A stretch of 64,000 nucleotides of DNA from an uncultured bacterium (GCA_942492935.1 OW818654.1:3052640-3116639); one strand, 5' to 3'. Positions 37,558-48,169 are shown, counted from the stretch's first letter. Notes: generated by a model from the sequence alone, not told the origin. Translations and numbers: made by a program.

Positions 37558-39522
37558 TTAGTTATCTGTATTTTCAATTTTAGTTTCAGGAGTAGCTTCT
37601 ACAACCGGAGTAGGAACTATTACATCATCATCAATTGGTTCACCAACAACTGCAGCAATTTCTTCTGGCTTCAAAGCTTTTGTATCAACTTTTGCAAGTT
37701 CAAATTCTTCAGGCAAATCAGCTGCCATTGAACTGTCATAAGGAATTTCGATAATTCCAGAATCAGCATTTGGAACTGGATGAGCAGTATTATATGTATC
37801 AATGATTGATTGCTCTTTGTTACGTAAAGCTTCAACTGCTGATAGTACAATTTTCTTTGACTCTTTATCAAATTCAACTACTTTCAATGGTAATACATCA
37901 CCAATTTTGAAGTATTCGCCAATGTTTTTAACTGGTGCGAAAGACAATTGTGAAACTGGAACAAAACCATCAACTCCATCAGGTAATTCTACAATTACGC
38001 CTTTTTCGATGATTCTTTCGATTCTTGCTTCAGTTTCGGCAGTTACACCATATTTATCTTGGAAGTAATCCCAAGGATTATCATTGATTTGTTTGTGTCC
38101 AAGTGCTATTCTGCGTTGGTCAGGGTCAATACTCAATACCATTACATCAAGTTTATCTCCTTTCTTAACAAATTCGCCTGGATGACGGATTTTCTTAGTC
38201 CAACTTAAGTCGCTAATATGAACAAGTCCATCAACACCCGGTTCGAGTTCAACAAACACGCCGAAGTTAGTAAGATTACGAACAATACCTGAATGTTTAG
38301 AATCAACTGGGTATTTTTTCATTAAGTCTTGCCATGGATCTGGTTCAAGTTGTTTCATACCAAGAGCAAGTTTCTTGTTGTCTTTATCAATATTAAGAAC
38401 GATAGCATCAACAATTTGTCCCATAGACACAATTTGTGATGGGTGTTTAACGTGTTGAGTCCAAGACATTTCACTAATGTGAATAAGACCTTCAATTCCT
38501 TTTTCGATTTCGATAAATGCACCGTAATCAGTCAAGCTAACAACTTTACCACTAACTTTAGTGCCTTTTTCGTATTTTTCACCGATAGTATCCCAAGGAT
38601 GTGGAGTAAGTTGTTTCATACCAAGTGAAATACGTTTTTTATCTTCGTCGAAATCAAGAACAACAACTTTGCAAACTTGGTCAAGCTGAACGATTTCTGA
38701 TGGATGAGTAACTCTACCCCATGATAAATCAGTAATGTGAACAAGACCGTCCACACCGCCAAGGTCAACGAATACACCGAAGTCTGAAATAGCTTTAACA
38801 GTACCTTCGAGTACGAGACCTTTTTCAAGTTTAGCCATAATGGCTGTTCTTTGTTCAGAAAGTTGTTCTTCAAGAAGAACTTTGTGAGATACAACAACAT
38901 TTTCGCTTGGGTGATTTACTTTCACTACACGAACGTCAATAGTTTTAGCAACCCATGCATCAAAATCACGAACAGGACGAACATCAATTTGTGAACCAGG
39001 CAAAAATGCTTCGATTCCAAGAAGGTCAACAACCATACCGCCTTTAATTCTGCGGAGGATTTTAACGCGAGTAATCTCTTGTTTGTCGTGTAATGCTAAA
39101 ATATCTTCCCAAATTCTCATAAAGTCTGCTCTGCGGCGTGAAAGTATGAGTTTACCGTTTGAGTCTTCCATTTTATCAATGAAGACATCAATTTCATCGC
39201 CGATTTGATATGTTTCTGCATTCAAAAGCTCTGCACGTGGAACCACGCCAAGTGATTTGAATCCAATATCAACAAGCACTTCATCTTTTGTTAAGCTTAC
39301 GATTTTACCATGAACGAGTTCATCTTCTTTTACAAGTTTGATTGCATTTTCGAAAATTTTAGAAAATGAATCGTCATCGAGTTCAAGATTTGGAAAACCG
39401 CTGTCAATTAATTGTACAATTCTGTCAGGATTGTCTGCCGCATAAAGAGTCTTGTTTAGACCACTTAATGGGTGTACTGTGTCAGTTGTAGTAATATCTA
39501 CGTTATTAGCATTATCCGACAT
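37558..39522 (-). CDS. rpsA: 30S ribosomal protein S1 (six S1 domains plus an acidic C-terminal tail)
   Basis: Repeated S1 OB-fold signatures (G.V.G.V....FGAFV.L..GV.GLVHIS.LS). Confidence 0.9.
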   Translation of the reverse strand: MSDNANNVDITTTDTVHPLSGLNKTLYAADNPDRIVQLIDSGFPNLELDDDSFSKIFENAIKLVKEDELVHGKIVSLTKDEVLVDIGFKSLGVVPRAELLNAETYQIGDEIDVFIDKMEDSNGKLILSRRRADFMRIWEDILALHDKQEITRVKILRRIKGGMVVDLLGIEAFLPGSQIDVRPVRDFDAWVAKTIDVRVVKVNHPSENVVVSHKVLLEEQLSEQRTAIMAKLEKGLVLEGTVKAISDFGVFVDLGGVDGLVHITDLSWGRVTHPSEIVQLDQVCKVVVLDFDEDKKRISLGMKQLTPHPWDTIGEKYEKGTKVSGKVVSLTDYGAFIEIEKGIEGLIHISEMSWTQHVKHPSQIVSMGQIVDAIVLNIDKDNKKLALGMKQLEPDPWQDLMKKYPVDSKHSGIVRNLTNFGVFVELEPGVDGLVHISDLSWTKKIRHPGEFVKKGDKLDVMVLSIDPDQRRIALGHKQINDNPWDYFQDKYGVTAETEARIERIIEKGVIVELPDGVDGFVPVSQLSFAPVKNIGEYFKIGDVLPLKVVEFDKESKKIVLSAVEALRNKEQSIIDTYNTAHPVPNADSGIIEIPYDSSMAADLPEEFELAKVDTKALKPEEIAAVVGEPIDDDVIVPTPVVEATPETKIENTDN

Positions 39523-39737
39523 TAAAATTCCTCCGAAAAAAAATATTTTGATATAGTTAATAAAAATGATGTATTAAAACATCTACCATTAAAATTTTAA
39601 TTTTTGCTAAAATTAGCTATGCAATTTACGAAAATTTTTTATAATGATAAAAAAGAATTTTTTATTTTTTATTTATTTGTAACTACAAAACCGTTTTATA
39701 AGGTTGCAAATAATTGAAAAAAAGAATTTTAAATCTA

Positions 39738-40367
39738 CTAAGTGGTTAAGCTGGAATTGATATTTGAAATTAAAAATTTGATATTTAATGATAACCATAA
39801 TAATACAGGTAAAATCACATTTGTACTTGTTCCTGTTACATTAAAAAAATACGAACCCCAATATACGACAAATGAGGTCAAGGCAGGTAATTCTTGAATT
39901 GCATATTCAGGATAATTATAATTATCAAATACAAATAGATATAGTTTAACAAAAATAAAAGCATATAAAATTACTATACCAATCAAGAATTTTAGTAAAT
40001 TCTTTTTAAATTCGATTGGAAAAGAAAAAATTAATGATGTAAATAATATTGTTCCAATTAGTGCTTCGAGCCGCAAATCAGAGCCAATAGTTTTGACAAT
40101 AAAATTTCCATCAGCATCTTTCTTTTGATAATATGTAATTTTTACTTCAATAATTGTTGGTTTATTCGGCAGTGTAATCAATTTGATATATTTTTGAATA
40201 GCATTGTCATTATTAATATTTGAATCAAAATAAGTTTGCCCTAAATATCTAAATGATTTTACATAAATATCATCAATTAAAAATGAAATGGAATAAAGGG
40301 AAGTAAAAATCAAAAAAAATAGAATTATGCTGTTTTTGATTGAATTATTTTTAAATGTAAAATCCAT
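39738..40367 (-). CDS. Membrane protein translationally coupled to the exosortase-like gene. Possibly an exosortase F system-associated protein.
   Basis: Its start ATG overlaps the upstream stop (ATGA at 40367). Multiple TM helices. Assignment is by position only. Confidence 0.4.
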   Translation of the reverse strand: MDFTFKNNSIKNSIILFFLIFTSLYSISFLIDDIYVKSFRYLGQTYFDSNINNDNAIQKYIKLITLPNKPTIIEVKITYYQKKDADGNFIVKTIGSDLRLEALIGTILFTSLIFSFPIEFKKNLLKFLIGIVILYAFIFVKLYLFVFDNYNYPEYAIQELPALTSFVVYWGSYFFNVTGTSTNVILPVLLWLSLNIKFLISNINSSLTT

Positions 40368-40870
40368 TATTTCACCGGTATATATTTAAGCCAAAAATAC
40401 CATGCAATAACTGATATAACAATGTATAATATCGGTAAGATTTCGTTATGAAATATGTCAAAAAGAGAGACATCAATTGAGGCAACAAGATAAAGTATTA
40501 ACACTCTAAGCAGATTTAAAAAATATAATAACGAGCCACCGATTAGCACGCCTTTTAACTTATATTTCAAATCTGCAGGAAATGCTATTACTCCAGCCAG
40601 AAAAATTACAAGTGCTTCGCTTCCTTCACACCCGAAAGATAATATCATACTTATTTTTTGGGTAATAATTGTAGTGTTCTCTACAACTACATTATTATCA
40701 AACAATTTAATCAATAAACCAGAAAGATAAGCATTGAATCTCAGATAAGGTTCGAATATTTCTTTGTTAAAAAATAATATTATTGCATAATAAGTACCTA
40801 TTATACAAATTAAAATGACAAAAAAATTTATTAATTTTTTTGTTTTATTACTGTCAATATTATTTTTCAA
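40367..40870 (-). CDS. Small exosortase/archaeosortase-family protein (XrtF-like, ~167 aa)
   Basis: Polytopic membrane protein with a conserved Cys (SFGCEGSEAL) and Arg (NLLRVLILYL) spaced as in the exosortase active site. The size matches the small Bacteroidota XrtF type. Recognised by motif only. Confidence 0.5.
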   Translation of the reverse strand: MKNNIDSNKTKKLINFFVILICIIGTYYAIILFFNKEIFEPYLRFNAYLSGLLIKLFDNNVVVENTTIITQKISMILSFGCEGSEALVIFLAGVIAFPADLKYKLKGVLIGGSLLYFLNLLRVLILYLVASIDVSLFDIFHNEILPILYIVISVIAWYFWLKYIPVK

Positions 40871-41140
40871 AGTTAACTCTATACGAAAATTTTAAAAATA
40901 TCAAATTGATATAAGATATTTTTAGAACAATTTCAATTCTAAACCAATATGGGACTGGCTCAAAAGGTTATTTAGTTATTTTCCATTTTGAAAGTTGTGA
41001 GAAATTTATATATATTTCAACAACTTAGTATGAAATGGATTCTGAAACAAGTTCAGAATAATACCTTTTGAGACAGCCCCATCTAAATCAAAATTTATTA
41101 TAAAATGTGATTTTTAAAAAAATTATAAAATCACATCAAT

Positions 41141-41713
41141 TTATTTCTTTTTTGTCTTATCAGGAGTCATTATCACTGAAAGATTTTTGCCTTCGAATCT
41201 TAAATCAGAGTCAACTTTAGCAATATCTTGCATTTCCTGAATAAATCGGGTCAGTAATTCTCTGCCTATTTCTTGATGAGTAATTTCTCTACCACGAAAC
41301 ATTACAGATGCCTTTACTTTATTTCCTTCCTCAATAAAATCTCTTGCATGCCTAACTTTGAAATTAAAATCATGAGTATCAGTACGCCATTTAAACCTAA
41401 CTTCTTTCATTTGCTGTTGAAGTTGGTTTTTCTTTTGTATTTTTTCCTTTTTCTGATGTTCGTATATAAACTTGCCATAGTCAATGATTTTACAAACAGG
41501 CGGAACTGCCTGTGGTGCAATTTCAACTAAATCAAGTTCTTTTTCTTCAGCCATACGAACAGCATCTGCTCTCTTGACAACTCCAAGCATTTTTCCCTCA
41601 GAATCAATCAAACGTATTTCAAGAGCTTTTATCTCATGATTAATTTTATGAGCTCTCTGAGTATCCTTTATTACTCCTCTATGAGGAGAGTGTGAAAATG
41701 GTAACGACTTCAA
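41141..41713 (-). CDS. infC: Translation initiation factor IF-3
   Basis: INHEIKALEIRLIDSEGKMLGVV...LDLVEIAPQAVPPVCKIIDYGKF and a C-terminal domain. The true start may be a non-AUG codon downstream of the annotated ATG, as is usual for infC. Confidence 0.85.
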   Translation of the reverse strand: MKSLPFSHSPHRGVIKDTQRAHKINHEIKALEIRLIDSEGKMLGVVKRADAVRMAEEKELDLVEIAPQAVPPVCKIIDYGKFIYEHQKKEKIQKKNQLQQQMKEVRFKWRTDTHDFNFKVRHARDFIEEGNKVKASVMFRGREITHQEIGRELLTRFIQEMQDIAKVDSDLRFEGKNLSVIMTPDKTKKK

Positions 41714-41848
41714 ATATTCCCTTTAAATTGTTTTTAATTAGTTACAATAATATTAAAATACAAACTTATTGCAAATTTCTCAAAAAAACAAAATGTTTTC
41801 TTTATAATTACGAAAAAAAATTAAATATTTTTAACACAATCTCTTTTA

Positions 41849-43186
41849 TTATTCAAAAGCTTTGTATCCAATTGAATTAATTTTATCAATTATTAGTTTT
41901 TTATCAATATTACCTTCGTAGTAAACACAATTATCTACCAACGATACATTAACATTTGTTATTCCTTCAATTTCAGTTAATGCCTTTTGAACATTATTTA
42001 CACAATGATTACAAGTCATACCTTCAATTTTAATACTATGAATATTCTTGTTATTGCTCTTCTTGTTTGAATATTTCTGATGAAATTTTCTAATGTAATT
42101 ATAAATTAGCAAAGAAGCGAAAATAATTCCGAATACTAACTTTAAATCAAATCCTTCAATAATATCTGTATGACAAGCTAATGATTCTCTGTAAGTTTCA
42201 ATTGTTCCGGTATAGTTAAATATTAAATCAAGCAAAGTACCCATTATTATTGAAGAAACAATTATCGTAAGTAAATATATTAAAGTAATCTTTTTTCCGA
42301 GGGTTTTGCCAATAATTGCAATACTTGCAGCATTTGTTGCGGGTCCAGTTGCCAGAAATACAAATGCAACACCAGGACTAAATCCTTTAGCAATTAATAT
42401 CAATGCAATTGGAATAGAAGCTGTTGCACAAACATACATTGGAATTCCAATAGCCACCATAATCAACATTCCTAAAATACCACTGCCAATACCCAAATCA
42501 GAAAAGAAACTTTCAGGAATAAAAAAAGCAATTAAACCAGAAATAATTACTCCAACAATGAACTGATTTGAGATATCATCTACGAAGTCAATAAAAGCAT
42601 ATTTCAGAGATGGAATAATTCTATTTTTTAATGGTAGATTTGCGATTTCATCATTCTTTTCACCACAATTATCATCACAAACAGTATCTTTTTTAATTGA
42701 TGTTTGTTCGATAATATTGAAATTTATTTGCTTAGGATTTACTTTAGCTTTTGGTTTAATTTCTTCATTCTCATTCTTTTCAAAGATATTGGCAACTAAT
42801 CCTCCAATAATTCCCATTATCAAAGCAGCAATTGGTCTGAAAATTGCAAAAATTGGTCCCATCAATCCGTAAGTTGCAATTATTGAATCTATACCAGTTT
42901 GTGGAGTTGAAATCAGAAACGATAAAGTTGAAGCTTTTGAAGCACCGTTACGGTGCAAATATACAGTAGTTGGAACGACACCGCAGGAGCAAAGTGGCAA
43001 TGGAATTCCAAACAAAGCTGCTTTTAGAATGGATAAAATACTTTTATCGCCTATTTGCTTAGAAATCAAATCTTTATTTACAAAAATATTTAATAATGCT
43101 ACAAATGCAAGTCCTAATAATAAATAGGGCGACATTTCAATAAACATCTTAAATATTTCATATAGAATATCATATATATAAGTCAT
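41849..43186 (-). CDS. ArsP/DUF318-type permease fused to a C-terminal heavy-metal-associated (HMA) domain (putative metal transporter)
   Basis: TM motif LPLCSCGVVP typical of the PF03773 permease family. C-terminus IEGMTCNHCVNNVQKAL has the MxCxxC HMA motif. A Cys-rich loop DTVCDDNCGEK is also present. Confidence 0.7.
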   Translation of the reverse strand: MTYIYDILYEIFKMFIEMSPYLLLGLAFVALLNIFVNKDLISKQIGDKSILSILKAALFGIPLPLCSCGVVPTTVYLHRNGASKASTLSFLISTPQTGIDSIIATYGLMGPIFAIFRPIAALIMGIIGGLVANIFEKNENEEIKPKAKVNPKQINFNIIEQTSIKKDTVCDDNCGEKNDEIANLPLKNRIIPSLKYAFIDFVDDISNQFIVGVIISGLIAFFIPESFFSDLGIGSGILGMLIMVAIGIPMYVCATASIPIALILIAKGFSPGVAFVFLATGPATNAASIAIIGKTLGKKITLIYLLTIIVSSIIMGTLLDLIFNYTGTIETYRESLACHTDIIEGFDLKLVFGIIFASLLIYNYIRKFHQKYSNKKSNNKNIHSIKIEGMTCNHCVNNVQKALTEIEGITNVNVSLVDNCVYYEGNIDKKLIIDKINSIGYKAFE

Positions 43187-43329
43187 ATTTCACCGATTTG
43201 AATAATATATTTTAAAGTCAAATAAAGTGTAGTAACGTAAATTGTTTTTATTTATTTGCTAATTGAATTAGCAAGTTTAAATATGAAATTCTTAATATTT
43301 TTGCCTTTTAATACTAAGTTGCGTTCAAA

Positions 43330-43530
43330 GATTAAAGATATAAATCATTGAAAATCCCAACGGGATTAAATGTTTGTAACAATAACAAATAAAATATGTA
43401 AAGTCCTCCCTTTGGGGAGGATTTAGGTGGGGTTTTCAATTATTCAATCCCGATGGAATTGCTGGACTTACGGGCATTTTCTTTATTACAATCATGTAAT
43501 CCCTATCGGGATTTTCAAAGAATTTCTTTT
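43330..43530. repeat. Cluster of small aatccc-N4-gggatt hairpins plus a tcctccc-tttg-gggagga hairpin. Related in layout to the interior of the MITE at 57601-57931.
   Basis: aatcccaacgggatt, aatcccgatggaatt and aatccctatcgggatt. The shared context gaaaatccc....gggatta.(c)tgtttgtaa.aataa is also present at 57700. Confidence 0.6.
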
Positions 43531-43629
43531 TTTTTATTTTCTAATTGTTACAAATATGCATTTTTTTCATTCAAATAACGAAGCAATTTTAAAAATATCA
43601 ATTCAGCTGAGCAGTTACTTTTATAAATA

Positions 43630-46600
43630 TCAAATATATTCAATAGTTTTCTTTATTCTCCAAAGTAATTCAACCGCTTGGTCTCTATTTTCAATATATA
43701 CTTCAAGCAATAATTTTGTTTTTGTTTGTCTTAATTTTGCAATTTCAATTTCATTTATAAAATCAACAATAAGTGGGAATGCTTTCTCGTAAAACTCTTT
43801 ATTACTTTCATTTGGAAGTTCACATACTAATAAATTAGGTTTTAAAATTATTCTGGTAATACCTGTTTCTAATGAAGCAATACGTAATTTTACTGCAAAA
43901 ATCAAATCTTTGGCTTGTTTTGGCATTTTTCCAAATCTATCTTTTATTTCGGACAACAAAATTTCAAGTTCATCATTTGTCTTCACTTGATATAATTTCT
44001 TATAATACATAAATCTGTCTGTATTATTTTTGATATAATCACTTGGGAATAGTGCATCAGTATCAAGTTCGATTGAAACATCATCATTTTTAATAAACAG
44101 TGGCTTGTTCTCTTGTCCGTCTGCGAATACATCTGAAAATTCTTCTGATTTCAATTCTATAACAGCTTCTTCTAAAATTTTCTGATATAATTCAAATCCA
44201 ATATCAATAATAAATCCACTCTGTTCGGCACCGAGTAGATTTCCTGCTCCTCGTATTTCCATATCTTTCATGGCAAGTTTGAATCCGCTACCAAGGTCGA
44301 TAAATTCTTCTAATGCTTGTAATCTTTGAACTGCTTTTTGATTGAGCTTTTTATCTGGAGATACTATTAAATAGCAATATGCTTGTGTATTACTTCTTCC
44401 AACTCTGCCTCTCAGTTGATACAGTTCAGCCAAACCAAAATTATTTGCACGGTTTATCATCATAGTATTTGCATTTGGTATATCAATTCCTGACTCAATT
44501 ATTTTGGTGGATAGCAAAACATCAAATTTTCCAGCAGTGAATTTCTCCATAATTGTTTCAAGTGTGCTTGGTTTCATTTGTCCATGTGCAATTACAAACC
44601 TCAATGTTGGTAGCAATGTTTGAAGATTCATAGCGATTTTATCTAAATCATCAATTTTATCACTTACAAAAAATACCTGACCTCCCCTTTCGACTTCTTT
44701 GTTGATAGCATTCACAATTGTATCGTTATTCCATTCAATAATTTCAGTATAAACAGGTAATCTATTCTTTGGTGGTGTTTCGATTAAACTTAAATCTCTC
44801 GCTCCAAGCAAAGAAAAATTAAGTGTTCTTGGTATTGGAGTTGCCGTTAATGTTAATGTATCAACTGTTGAACGTAATTGTCTTAACTTCTCTTTAGCTC
44901 CGACACCAAATCTATGTTCTTCATCAATAATCAATAAACCCAAATTTTTAAATTCAACATCTTTGGATAGCAATCTATGTGTTCCAATCAAAATATCCAA
45001 CGAACCCTGCTTTAAATGAGAAAGTATTTCTGTTTGTTGAGCAGGAGTTCTAAATCTTGAAATTGCGTTTATAAGTACAGGATATTTGCTTAATCTATCT
45101 TTAAATGACATATAATGTTGTTGTGAAAGTATAGTTGTCGGAACAAGAACAGCAACTTGTTTCCCTGATTGAACTGCCTTAAATGCGGCTCTTATAGCAA
45201 CTTCTGTCTTCCCAAATCCAACATCACCACATACTAATCTATCCATAGGCGAAGAAGACTCCATATCTTTTTTTATTTCGTAAGTTGTACGAGATTGGTC
45301 GGGAGTATCTTCATAAGGAAAAGCGGCTTCAAATTCTTTTTGCCAAAGTGTATCTGCAGAATAAGCGAAACCTTTCAATGTCTTTCTTTGAGCATAAAGA
45401 GTAATTAATTCTCTTGCAATATCTTTAAGTTTCTTCTTTGTTTTTTCTTTCCTGCGACTCCAATCAGTAGTTCCAAGTTTGCTAAGAACTGGTGCTGAAT
45501 TTTCATTTGCCGAATATTTGGTAATCTTTTGAATATAATTTAAAGAAACATAAAGCAAATCGTTGCCAGCAAACAAAATTCTCACACAATCTTGCTGACT
45601 ACCTCCCATTGTTACCGTTTGAAAACCATCAAATTTGCCTATTCCTTTATCTTCATGAACAACATAATCACCAATTTTCAATTCTTTTAATTCATTAATT
45701 GTAATAGATGCAGCTTTTACACTTTTTTTAGAATCTCTCGAACGCCTATGCTCAAAAATTTGATGTTCAGTAAAATATGCAAAATTCAATTCATCTGAAA
45801 CAAATCCTGATGAAAGTGTTTCCTCTAAAAACTTAACTGATTTTAATAATGTCTGTTTATCTGCAATAACAATACTCGTTTCAGTAATTTCATTATTTTC
45901 AATTTCTTGTGAAGTTTCAATTATTTCTTTTAATCTGTTAGAATGAATTTTACCATCTGCTCCGAGATATAAACTATAATTTTGAAAGGCAAGTTTACTT
46001 ATTTCATAAATAAAACTTTTTACAGAAGCATTAAATACAGGTTGAGAAGCGGAATGAATAGAAATATCAGATTTGGTCAATGGATTAATTACTAATGATT
46101 TATATTCATCTAATTTTTCAATGAAATAATTATCTAATTCAAGTGTTTCGGGAGTATCAGTTATACAAATACAATTCGCATTTAAATAATCAAAAATATC
46201 AGATTCTAATTTATTTGCAGATGAATCAAATAAGTTGGCGATAAAATTCACATCTTTATGCTCACGAATACTGCGTTGAGATAACGGGTCGAATTCTCTG
46301 ATAGATTCAATTTCATCGCCCCAAAACTCAATTCTAAGAGGATTATCCCAACCAATCGGGAAAATATCCACAATACCACCACGAATTGCAATATCTCCCT
46401 GTGAAAAAACATATTCTCTTCTGTCAAACCCATTTAACATTAATTCAGTTGTAAATTGCTCGAAATTATAAACTTCGCCTATTTTTACTGTTTTATTATT
46501 GCTATTTAATGTTGCAGGTTGTGGCATTTCCATTTTGAATATATCTGGTGTTACAATAGCAATGCCATTATTATGATTCAAACTTTTACCAAGTCCATCT

Positions 46601-46929
46601 AACAGCCAGCCAAGATGGTCTTCCGAATTATCCAAAGACACTTTCAATGTTTTCTGTGGCTTTACGAGTAAAGAAATTAGATTTTCATCAATTAAAAGCT
46701 TTAAATCGTGGTACCACTCTTCAGAAGCATCGAAATCTTTTGTAATTATCAAATAAGGATTTGGCAATTCCTGAAATAATTTCGCTACAGTCAAAGATTT
46801 TAATGAACCAGCTAAATATTTGATAGAAACTTTGCTTGAAGTAGAAAGTAAATCTTTTATATTATTTACATATTTTAACTTATTTAATAATTTAGATAAA
46901 TCTCTTGTTAGTGTTTTCAAATTTTCCAA
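43630..46929 (-). CDS. mfd: Transcription-repair coupling factor Mfd
   Basis: Superfamily-2 helicase motifs GDVGFGKTEVAIRAAF, DEEHRFGV, TATPIPRT. A TRCF C-terminal domain. 1099 aa. Confidence 0.9.
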   Translation of the reverse strand: MENLKTLTRDLSKLLNKLKYVNNIKDLLSTSSKVSIKYLAGSLKSLTVAKLFQELPNPYLIITKDFDASEEWYHDLKLLIDENLISLLVKPQKTLKVSLDNSEDHLGWLLDGLGKSLNHNNGIAIVTPDIFKMEMPQPATLNSNNKTVKIGEVYNFEQFTTELMLNGFDRREYVFSQGDIAIRGGIVDIFPIGWDNPLRIEFWGDEIESIREFDPLSQRSIREHKDVNFIANLFDSSANKLESDIFDYLNANCICITDTPETLELDNYFIEKLDEYKSLVINPLTKSDISIHSASQPVFNASVKSFIYEISKLAFQNYSLYLGADGKIHSNRLKEIIETSQEIENNEITETSIVIADKQTLLKSVKFLEETLSSGFVSDELNFAYFTEHQIFEHRRSRDSKKSVKAASITINELKELKIGDYVVHEDKGIGKFDGFQTVTMGGSQQDCVRILFAGNDLLYVSLNYIQKITKYSANENSAPVLSKLGTTDWSRRKEKTKKKLKDIARELITLYAQRKTLKGFAYSADTLWQKEFEAAFPYEDTPDQSRTTYEIKKDMESSSPMDRLVCGDVGFGKTEVAIRAAFKAVQSGKQVAVLVPTTILSQQHYMSFKDRLSKYPVLINAISRFRTPAQQTEILSHLKQGSLDILIGTHRLLSKDVEFKNLGLLIIDEEHRFGVGAKEKLRQLRSTVDTLTLTATPIPRTLNFSLLGARDLSLIETPPKNRLPVYTEIIEWNNDTIVNAINKEVERGGQVFFVSDKIDDLDKIAMNLQTLLPTLRFVIAHGQMKPSTLETIMEKFTAGKFDVLLSTKIIESGIDIPNANTMMINRANNFGLAELYQLRGRVGRSNTQAYCYLIVSPDKKLNQKAVQRLQALEEFIDLGSGFKLAMKDMEIRGAGNLLGAEQSGFIIDIGFELYQKILEEAVIELKSEEFSDVFADGQENKPLFIKNDDVSIELDTDALFPSDYIKNNTDRFMYYKKLYQVKTNDELEILLSEIKDRFGKMPKQAKDLIFAVKLRIASLETGITRIILKPNLLVCELPNESNKEFYEKAFPLIVDFINEIEIAKLRQTKTKLLLEVYIENRDQAVELLWRIKKTIEYI

Positions 46930-47149
46930 CCGTAATTCATTGTTATAATTGCTTTTTTTTTAAATTCAAACTTAATAAATTTTTTTGAAATATAATTATT
47001 AAACTAACAGTAAGAATTTAAATTCATTTTCAATAATTACGTATTGCATAAAAGCAAAGTAAATATTCCAAAAAAAATATAAATTCATTATATCAATATG
47101 AAATAATTTTGTAATTTTACAAGATTGTAAATTAAAAAATGGAGAAAAT

Positions 47150-47989
47150 ATGAAACTGTTATTAGCAACATTATTACTAATGTATTCGTTATCTGAATTG
47201 TACTCGATTAGTCCAGAGGTAGCTCTCCAAAAACTTAAAGATGGAAATGCAAGATTTGTTTCAGGTCAATCACTTCACCCAAATATAAATCAAGAACGGC
47301 TTAAATATACTGCATCGGAAGGACAAACACCTTTTGCTACTATTTTGGCTTGTTCTGATTCGCGTTCACCTGTCGAAATACTATTTGACCAAGGAGTAGG
47401 TGATTTATTTGTAATAAAAGTTGCAGGTAATGTTGCTGATGTTGATGAAATTGCCACTATTGAATATGGTACAAATCACTTATTTACTCCAATTCTTGTT
47501 GTTCTTGGACATTCAAAATGTGGTGCAGTAACTGCAGTAGCAACAAATGCTGAATTACACGGACATTTACCCAAACTCGTAGATAATATTCAACCTGCAC
47601 TTGAAAAAGCAAAGAATGAAAATCCTGACAAGCATGATAAAGATTTAGTAGATGCTACAATTAAAGCTAATACTTACCAAGCAATATCAGATATTTTAAC
47701 AAAAAGCCCAATTGTTAGTAAGTTAGTTTTAGAAGGTAAATTAAAAATAGTTGGTGCAATTTATAATATTGAATCAGGTATTGTTGATTGGCTTGGGGCG
47801 CATCCCGATGAAATGATTCTTGCTAAATCCGCAAAAGACGAACACCATACTACCGAAGTTCACAATGAATCCTTTTTTACTTCGACTAATTTCATTTTCA
47901 TGGGAATATTTATTTTTATTGTAAGTTTAATTGCAACATTAATTATTATATTATTCATTAGAAATAGAAGAACAGACGATTTGGAGTGA
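47150..47989 (+). CDS. Beta-class carbonic anhydrase with an N-terminal signal peptide and a C-terminal transmembrane anchor
   Basis: Zinc ligand motifs CSDSR and HSKCGA. Hydrophobic N-terminus. C-terminal FIFMGIFIFIVSLIATLIIILFI followed by RNRR. Confidence 0.8.
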   Translation: MKLLLATLLLMYSLSELYSISPEVALQKLKDGNARFVSGQSLHPNINQERLKYTASEGQTPFATILACSDSRSPVEILFDQGVGDLFVIKVAGNVADVDEIATIEYGTNHLFTPILVVLGHSKCGAVTAVATNAELHGHLPKLVDNIQPALEKAKNENPDKHDKDLVDATIKANTYQAISDILTKSPIVSKLVLEGKLKIVGAIYNIESGIVDWLGAHPDEMILAKSAKDEHHTTEVHNESFFTSTNFIFMGIFIFIVSLIATLIIILFIRNRRTDDLE

Positions 47990-48169
47990 GTGAAAAGTAC
48001 TCAATAAAATTACTTTTGCATTAGGATGTTGAAATTGAGTTCAATAGTAATAACTATTGATTCTTACTTTATAATTCCTAAGTGTATTATTGAGTTATGG
48101 TTCAAATATTCAACTATTCTAAGTACCAAATATTAATTTAGTTTTGCAATATTCAAAGCATTCAATTCA

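Noticed and set aside
39738-40870. Two ORFs read as one frameshifted full-length exosortase
   Set aside because: The ATGA overlap is a typical translational-coupling junction. The upstream ORF already contains the Cys and Arg catalytic-type residues within a ~170-aa unit, consistent with a small XrtF-type protein, so a frameshift is not needed.
43427-43792. 121-aa plus-strand ORF
   Set aside because: Spans the intergenic hairpin-repeat cluster and runs antisense into the 3' end of mfd. No coding features.
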